Source: Edaphobacter aggregans
GTDB taxonomy: Bacteria > Acidobacteriota > Terriglobia > Terriglobales > Acidobacteriaceae
Length of the DNA stretch: 32,000 nucleotides
Assembly: GCF_003945235.1 (NCBI RefSeq)
Contig: NZ_RSDW01000001.1
Span: 6,030,001 to 6,062,000 of the forward strand
Direction of reading: 5' to 3'
The position numbers and the translations under genes are program-made. Under the pieces are notes generated by a model, which saw only the letters and a list, made by a program, of their open reading frames with translations, was not told the origin of the DNA and searched no databases. Positions 27,395-32,000 of the stretch are shown here, in pieces. How positions within the stretch are numbered: position 1 is the stretch's first letter; every line of letters begins with the position of its first letter.

Positions 27395-27435
27395 CCGGCT
27401 GTTTTTATTTCTTTGTTCAAAATAAACAGCGCCGG
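27395..27435. other. AT-rich stem-loop with GC clamp upstream of the glycosidase gene
   Basis: CCGGCTGTTTttATTT ... AAATaAAACAGcgCCGG is an imperfect inverted repeat. It is followed at 27448-27465 by CGGATA-tttcgt-TATCCG (6-bp arms). Confidence 0.4.
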
Positions 27436-27439
27436 CAAA

Positions 27440-27465
27440 TGGATTTTCGGATATTTCGTTATCCG
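27440..27465. repeat. CGGAT-family short repeat copy (TGGATtttCGGATATTTcgtTATCCG)
   Basis: It shares GGATTTT(TC)CGGAT and the 9-mer CGGATATTT with 5963-5990. Here the last unit is inverted, forming a palindrome. Confidence 0.5.
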
Positions 27466-27895
27466 GCGAGCCAGCAAAATTGAGACATTATTTCAGTTTG
27501 ACCAACGCTACAGAGTCAGGGTGGCAGCCGTCAAGCGCAAATGACAACCGGTGCAATTGGCTGCAGGATTCTTGTCTAAATGCAGGTAGTTGATCTTATT
27601 TTGACTAACGATATAAATGCTCGCTAGCTTCGATCTTGCAAAAAACGTCTTGTGATCGGGGGAGGGGCGCACCGAGTTTTGTGCTCGGACGTTCTTCGGT
27701 CATGTTGGACGAGGCGTGTGGGTGAACATTTTCAATACAGAAGCCCTGCAGTAGGGGGACTACGGGGCTGTAGCGGACTTCAGGTCGACCGAAGGAAGGG
27801 TGCTCTCCGTTCTCCCTATGTGAGCCTAGGCAGGCCTGGAATCGGCTCTTCTTTTGTCTAATTCTCGAGCGCTTTTCCCGTTCGAAAAAATTGTG

Positions 27896-27930
27896 CTTGA
27901 CGGCCGTGGTTGCGGGTGTGTATTTTTCGA
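27896..27930 (+). promoter_or_regulatory. Candidate sigma70-type promoter (gcTTGACGgc - 18 nt - TATTTT); an inverted twin GCTTGACGGC box lies at 27528-27537 facing the glycosidase gene
   Basis: The 10-mer GCTTGACGGC occurs on + at 27896-27905, and its reverse complement at 27528-27537. On the minus strand the latter is followed after 18 nt by TAGCGT. The arrangement is outward-facing and divergent. Confidence 0.3.
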
Positions 27931-28025
27931 TTCGCAAAAAATCTCAAAAGATTTCGTTTGCTAAAAGACTAGGGAAAGACAGTCCGGGATTCGTGTTGCC
28001 ATTCATTTTGACGCTCAAAATAAAG

Positions 28026-28055
28026 TTGACAAGGAAACGTCAACAGCTCTATAGG
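28026..28055 (+). promoter_or_regulatory. Candidate promoter for the NHL-repeat gene (TTGACA - 18 nt - TATAGG), overlapped by the inverted repeat GTTGAC-n8-GTCAAC
   Basis: TTGACA is at 28026-28031 and TATAGG at 28050-28055, about 48 nt upstream of ATG 28103. The inverted repeat spans 28025-28044. Confidence 0.35.
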
Positions 28056-28102
28056 TTCATGACTGACTCGGCATTTGGGGCAATCAGAGGCGGTTCGGCA
28101 GG

Positions 28103-31100
28103 ATGAGTAACAAGATTTCGCATAGAGCAAAGGAATTGGTTTTTGGCAGTCGGGACATGGAGGGCAGCGTGGTTTGGAACGGATTTGAACGGAGAAGTGG
28201 ATTGCGTCGGTTTATCAACGAAACACTGAGCATTTTTGGAAACACCCCTTGGTCGCATCAAACAAAGCGCATTTCGGCCTTACTGCTTGTCGTCCTTGCA
28301 GCCGTCGTCGTTCCATGCCTCTCCGCCCAGAGCTATGTGCCAGCGGTCGTCAGTACAGCATCAACGACGCTTTACAGCAACGGGTCCACCTCGATGGGAC
28401 CGGGCCGCGTCGCTGTCGACAAGGCGGGCAACGTGTTCTACATCAATCACGTCAGCCCATACACGTTGTATGAGATCCCGGTCGCGTCGCCCGCGGTGAC
28501 CATCACCGCACCGGTTCCCCTGATTACGGGCCTCGGGCAATACAACGCCAATGCCGCTTTCGTGGACAGCAACGGCAACCTGTGGGTAGCCAACGGCAAT
28601 GGGGCCAACGGCCTGCTGGAGATTCCGGCCTCCGGCGGCATTCCTAATGTGGCGGCGCTCGCAGCCGGGGGCGAGGCTGCGTCAACCGTTGCTGCGACCA
28701 GTTGTACCGCGACCAGCACAGTGCCATGCGCCTGGCCGAGTAATAGCTACGCTTCCAATGTCACAGGCTACTATTCCCAGCCAAGCGATGTTCAGGTGGT
28801 CACAATCTCCGGAACAACCTACGTCTATTTCGTGGATGTTTACAATAATACTTCGAAGGGCAAGTACAACCGGGTGGAGAGCTTCTCGCTCTCCAATCCC
28901 AACTCTACGGGCGTGATTGTCGCAGATGAGCTTACGTACAACGCCGATGCCGAGATCGCCGTCGACGGGTCGGGTAACGTCTTCTATGTGGACAGCTCTT
29001 CCGGTGGAGGCGCGGGCGGCGTCTATGCTTTCGGCAAGTCGACTGGCTTGAATGGCGGCGGCACTGCGTCCGCCGGCGCGGTCTCCGGTATCTCGAGCTA
29101 CCTGGTAGGCACAGCACCGACGCTCACCTTCGCAGCCATCGCCTCGGCAACCGGCATTACTGTCGATCAGTACAATAACCTGTATATCAGCAGCCAGACG
29201 CAGATCTCGGAGGTGCCTTACGAGGCAACGGCGCTGAATTTTGCCGACGAATTCGTCGTAGCGAGCAGCACGAGCGGTCTAAGCAATAGCGTCGTCTATG
29301 GCGGGGCCGTGGATATCCGGGGCAACTATTTCTACGCAAGCTATACGAACATTCAAGAGGTGCAGATTAACGGGTACAACTTTGGCAGCCTACCAGTCGG
29401 CTCCTTTGCGAACTCTTCGTCGACACCTGTGGCCCCAAGCATCAATCTGTTCTTCAATGCTACGGTCGCTAATGGAGGAAGCTACTTCCCCACGGGATCG
29501 CCCACCTCGAACACCAATGCGGCGTTGTTGCAAAGCTTTCCGTACTCCGGCACCAAGAATAATTTCAGCGGCGGTGGGGCCAGCTATGGTCCTGGCCCTA
29601 CGACGAATCCGGCAAATCTCATTGTCAACTTCCAGCCCATTCATCCCGGTTTGCTGAAGGGTTCCTTCACTCCCCGCTACAACGGCACCAACAATATCGA
29701 AGTCACCGTCAACCTGCAGGGTGTCGGCGTTGGTCCTCAGCCCTTCTTCCTTCCGGGCGTCCCTTCCTCGCTGTTTACGAGCGCCGCTTCCAGCAGTACC
29801 GCTGGAGCCCCGCAAGTCAACCTGAGTGCCCCCGGAGGCCTCGCGGTTGATACCTTCGGCGACATATTTGTTGCAGATACCGGTAACGGCAAAGTGGTAG
29901 CCGATTGCCTGGCGTCGACTACAACGAGCGCCACGAGTAACAGCTTCTGCGGGAACGCCGGCTACCTGGGTGCCGTCGTTGAGCTTGGGAGCTCCTTCAC
30001 CCACCCGGCGGGCATCGCGCTGGATGGCGGCAACAGTCTGTACGTGGTGGATAGCGGCGCCAATACGGTTACAGCGATCCAGGGCGCCAATTTGTCATCA
30101 AGTGTGCTCGTAGCCGCGACTGCCACCTTTGGCGGCACTGCGCTCAGCGGACCGAAAGGCATCGCCCTCGACGGTTATGCCAATGTGTATATTGCAGACA
30201 CCGGCAACAACCGCATTGTGATGGCGCACCAGTTTGGTGCCACTGCAACGGACAACGTCGTATACATCCCCAGCACCACAATCTTTGGCGGCACTGCGCT
30301 CAGTGGGCCAACCGGACTAGCGGCCGATAGTGCGGGCGATCTGTTTATCGCCGATACCGGCAACAACCGCATCGTCGAGTACACGGCGCTCGGAGTAGCA
30401 TCCGTCGTAAACACGGGATCGCTCACGTTGAATGCTCCGACCGGTATAACCGTTTATCCCTCTGGTGCTCTGGTGGTTACCGATACGGCTAACGGCGTAT
30501 CGCTGCTCAACGGCGCTTCGAGCCAGGTGCTTTCGTTCGGATCCACCTATACGACTACCGGCGCGAAGGGCGTAGCACTGGATCTTACCGGAAACATCTA
30601 TCTCTCCCTCTCCAACACGACCGGCGATCAGGTGCTGGAACTAAACGTAACATCTCCTCTGTCACTGAACTTTGCCAGCACGACCGAAGGACAATCCAGC
30701 GCACCGGCGACAACACAGGTCTTCAACTCAGGAAACTCGTCACTGGTTCTCTCTACCCTCACTACCAGCAACGGGAACTACACAATCGAACCAAGCAGTA
30801 CCTGCACGTCCACCTCGACGGTCACGGTCGGCAACTCTTGCAATCTGCTGACGGCCTTTACACCGCAGACCACGGCAACTCCGGGGACACTGACGGGATC
30901 GCTGACCCTGACGGACAACCAGGCTGGGTACACACTGGTAACGACCACCTCGAATGAGACCGCGACCTTCGCCTCCACGGGCACGCAGGCGCTTAATCTC
31001 ACCGGCACGGCCGTAGCTGCGATCATTGGAGCGACACCGCAGACCATTACCTTCCCCGCACCTGCATCGCCGGTGGCTTACGGAGTTGGTCCTATCACGT

Positions 31101-32000
31101 TATCGGCCACCGCAAGTTCCGGGCTGCCGGTGACCTTCAGCGTCCTCTCCGGGCCGGGAACGGTTAGCGGCAACATCCTGACTATTACGGGTACGGGAAC
31201 GATTGTTGTTGCTGCAGATCAGGCAGGTAACGCCACTTACGCAGCGGCGACCGAAGTCGCGCAGAGCATTGTGGTCAATCTGGCGACTCCGACGTCAAAG
31301 CCTGCATTCGTTTTGAGCCAACTCTCCTGGCTTGGGAAGCTTCCTACCGGTGGATTTCTTGCCGGAGGAAGCCCGTCGGGTGGGAGTTTCGCAGTAAATC
31401 AGAACGGTGACGTCCTCGTAACCAATACTTATGGCAATTCCGTTTACTTGTTCAATGGGCAGACAGGCGCTGTCACCACCCTGTCATCGAATTTCACTAA
31501 CGTAGCCGCAGTCACGGTTGACAGCCAGAACAATCTTTACATTTCGCAGATGTATGGCTCGAACATCTACAAGATTCCTTACGTCAATGGAAGTTACGCT
31601 GCGGTAACACTTCCAACCTCGTCTCCGTATCCGCCATATTGCACAGGGACCGACACAGCGGAGTGCCAGTTTATCCAAGCGGGCAGTTCCAACGTCAAAG
31701 CCATGGCGTTCGATGCTTCGGGCAATTTCTTTATGGCCACTACGCCGTCGAGCTCAGGGGCATCTGCCATCTACGAGTGCCCTGCTTCATGCCAACCCAA
31801 TCCTGGGGCTACGTCAACGCTGATCTACTCCGACGTGAACGCGGTCGGTTCTATTGCCATCGATCCCTGGGGCAACTTGTTCTTCACGGATGCGGCCTTC
31901 AATAGCAGTGGACCCTCCGGCCAGGCCAGCACCAATTCAGCTCTCAACGAGCTTACTTACACTGCTGGAACAGGCTTTGCATCGACTCCGATTCAACTGG
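28103..32000 (+). CDS. Giant secreted NHL-repeat / beta-propeller protein with Ig-like spacer domains (more than 1299 aa, continues past window end)
   Basis: Absent from the ORF track because there is no stop in the window; I translated it manually. Signal h-region KRISALLLVVLAAVVVPCLSAQS. NHL units include GIALDGYANVYIADTGNNRIVM, GLAADSAGDLFIADTGNNRIVEY, GLAVDTFGDIFVADTGNGKVV and GIALDGGNSLYVVDSGANTV. A Cys-pair beta-sandwich (LNFASTT...STCTSTSTVTVGNSCNLLTAFTP) and an Ig-like unit (PQTITFPAP...VTFSVLSGPG) follow, and a further propeller begins near 31.3 kb. The start is ambiguous: ATG 28103, ATG 28157, or TTG 28202 (GGAG 7 nt upstream). Confidence 0.85.
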   Translation, partial: MSNKISHRAKELVFGSRDMEGSVVWNGFERRSGLRRFINETLSIFGNTPWSHQTKRISALLLVVLAAVVVPCLSAQSYVPAVVSTASTTLYSNGSTSMGPGRVAVDKAGNVFYINHVSPYTLYEIPVASPAVTITAPVPLITGLGQYNANAAFVDSNGNLWVANGNGANGLLEIPASGGIPNVAALAAGGEAASTVAATSCTATSTVPCAWPSNSYASNVTGYYSQPSDVQVVTISGTTYVYFVDVYNNTSKGKYNRVESFSLSNPNSTGVIVADELTYNADAEIAVDGSGNVFYVDSSSGGGAGGVYAFGKSTGLNGGGTASAGAVSGISSYLVGTAPTLTFAAIASATGITVDQYNNLYISSQTQISEVPYEATALNFADEFVVASSTSGLSNSVVYGGAVDIRGNYFYASYTNIQEVQINGYNFGSLPVGSFANSSSTPVAPSINLFFNATVANGGSYFPTGSPTSNTNAALLQSFPYSGTKNNFSGGGASYGPGPTTNPANLIVNFQPIHPGLLKGSFTPRYNGTNNIEVTVNLQGVGVGPQPFFLPGVPSSLFTSAASSSTAGAPQVNLSAPGGLAVDTFGDIFVADTGNGKVVADCLASTTTSATSNSFCGNAGYLGAVVELGSSFTHPAGIALDGGNSLYVVDSGANTVTAIQGANLSSSVLVAATATFGGTALSGPKGIALDGYANVYIADTGNNRIVMAHQFGATATDNVVYIPSTTIFGGTALSGPTGLAADSAGDLFIADTGNNRIVEYTALGVASVVNTGSLTLNAPTGITVYPSGALVVTDTANGVSLLNGASSQVLSFGSTYTTTGAKGVALDLTGNIYLSLSNTTGDQVLELNVTSPLSLNFASTTEGQSSAPATTQVFNSGNSSLVLSTLTTSNGNYTIEPSSTCTSTSTVTVGNSCNLLTAFTPQTTATPGTLTGSLTLTDNQAGYTLVTTTSNETATFASTGTQALNLTGTAVAAIIGATPQTITFPAPASPVAYGVGPITLSATASSGLPVTFSVLSGPGTVSGNILTITGTGTIVVAADQAGNATYAAATEVAQSIVVNLATPTSKPAFVLSQLSWLGKLPTGGFLAGGSPSGGSFAVNQNGDVLVTNTYGNSVYLFNGQTGAVTTLSSNFTNVAAVTVDSQNNLYISQMYGSNIYKIPYVNGSYAAVTLPTSSPYPPYCTGTDTAECQFIQAGSSNVKAMAFDASGNFFMATTPSSSGASAIYECPASCQPNPGATSTLIYSDVNAVGSIAIDPWGNLFFTDAAFNSSGPSGQASTNSALNELTYTAGTGFASTPIQL

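Noticed and set aside
27775-27812. SRP (4.5S) RNA-like string CAGGTCGACCGAAGGAAGGGTGC, resembling the conserved CAGGUCCGGAAGGAAGCAGC helix-8 motif
   Set aside because: The GGAA tetraloop context and the conserved AGCAGC 3' strand are missing. The flanks do not form the long terminal helix expected of a ~100-nt bacterial SRP RNA.
27605-27937. 110-aa minus-strand ORF (and the 69-aa plus-strand ORF 27652..27861) in the long intergenic region
   Set aside because: No SD, atypical composition, and no recognisable domain. They span both the AT-rich and the GC-island sequence, so I treat them as non-coding pending expression data.
27969-27990. RNase P RNA-like string GGGAAAGACAGTCCGGGA (compare GGAAAGUCCGGGC)
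   Set aside because: It has a 3-nt insertion relative to the universal motif, no other RNase P conserved regions nearby, and AT-rich surroundings too short for a ~350-nt RNA.
28236-31047. Numerous 60-200-aa ORFs inside or antisense to the NHL-repeat gene (for example 29390..30004 -, 29298..29657 +, 30778..31047 -)
   Set aside because: They are shadow ORFs of a long, well-supported frame with repeated NHL motifs. High GC suppresses stops in alternative frames.

Overview
High-GC bacterial chromosomal window. The gene content (secreted amidohydrolases, an Ig-repeat glycoside-hydrolase lipoprotein, a giant NHL/beta-propeller surface protein, an STN-like proline-rich protein) suggests an Acidobacteria/Terriglobia-type genome; this is inference only. 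I call 26 protein-coding genes and 1 pseudogene. Two of these are absent from the ORF track because they run off the window edges: uvrA at 1..1121 (-) and a surface protein of more than 1299 aa at 28103..32000 (+). Most genes are ordinary housekeeping or accessory metabolism: uvrA, nitroreductase-NUDIX-alpha/beta hydrolase operon, ubiX, purB, MarR-ClC operon, glutaredoxin-like, SDR, DUF3175, tadA, two secreted amidohydrolases, agmatine deiminase, TonB-dependent receptor, FucP/GluP-type MFS. I found no rRNA, tRNA, CRISPR array, transposase, integrase, phage gene or recognisable defence system, and I cannot honestly claim a clear novel multi-gene system. Observations worth a second look: (1) a GH32 gene broken by a single in-frame TAG at a conserved Gln; (2) two unrelated exported proteins that both end in [V/I]SEIH-TAG; (3) a diverged intergenic element of about 90-330 nt present twice (14.6 kb and 19.5 kb); (4) helically phased CGGAT short repeats in several intergenic regions; (5) ATCG/CGAT palindromes at three promoter regions, including an 18-bp perfect palindrome; (6) a three-segment alternative-hairpin element at 24.7 kb; (7) a 766-bp AT-rich divergent intergenic region with a GC-rich foldable island, between the Ig-repeat glycosidase and the giant NHL protein. 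All functional calls rest on motif recognition by eye; no database search was possible.
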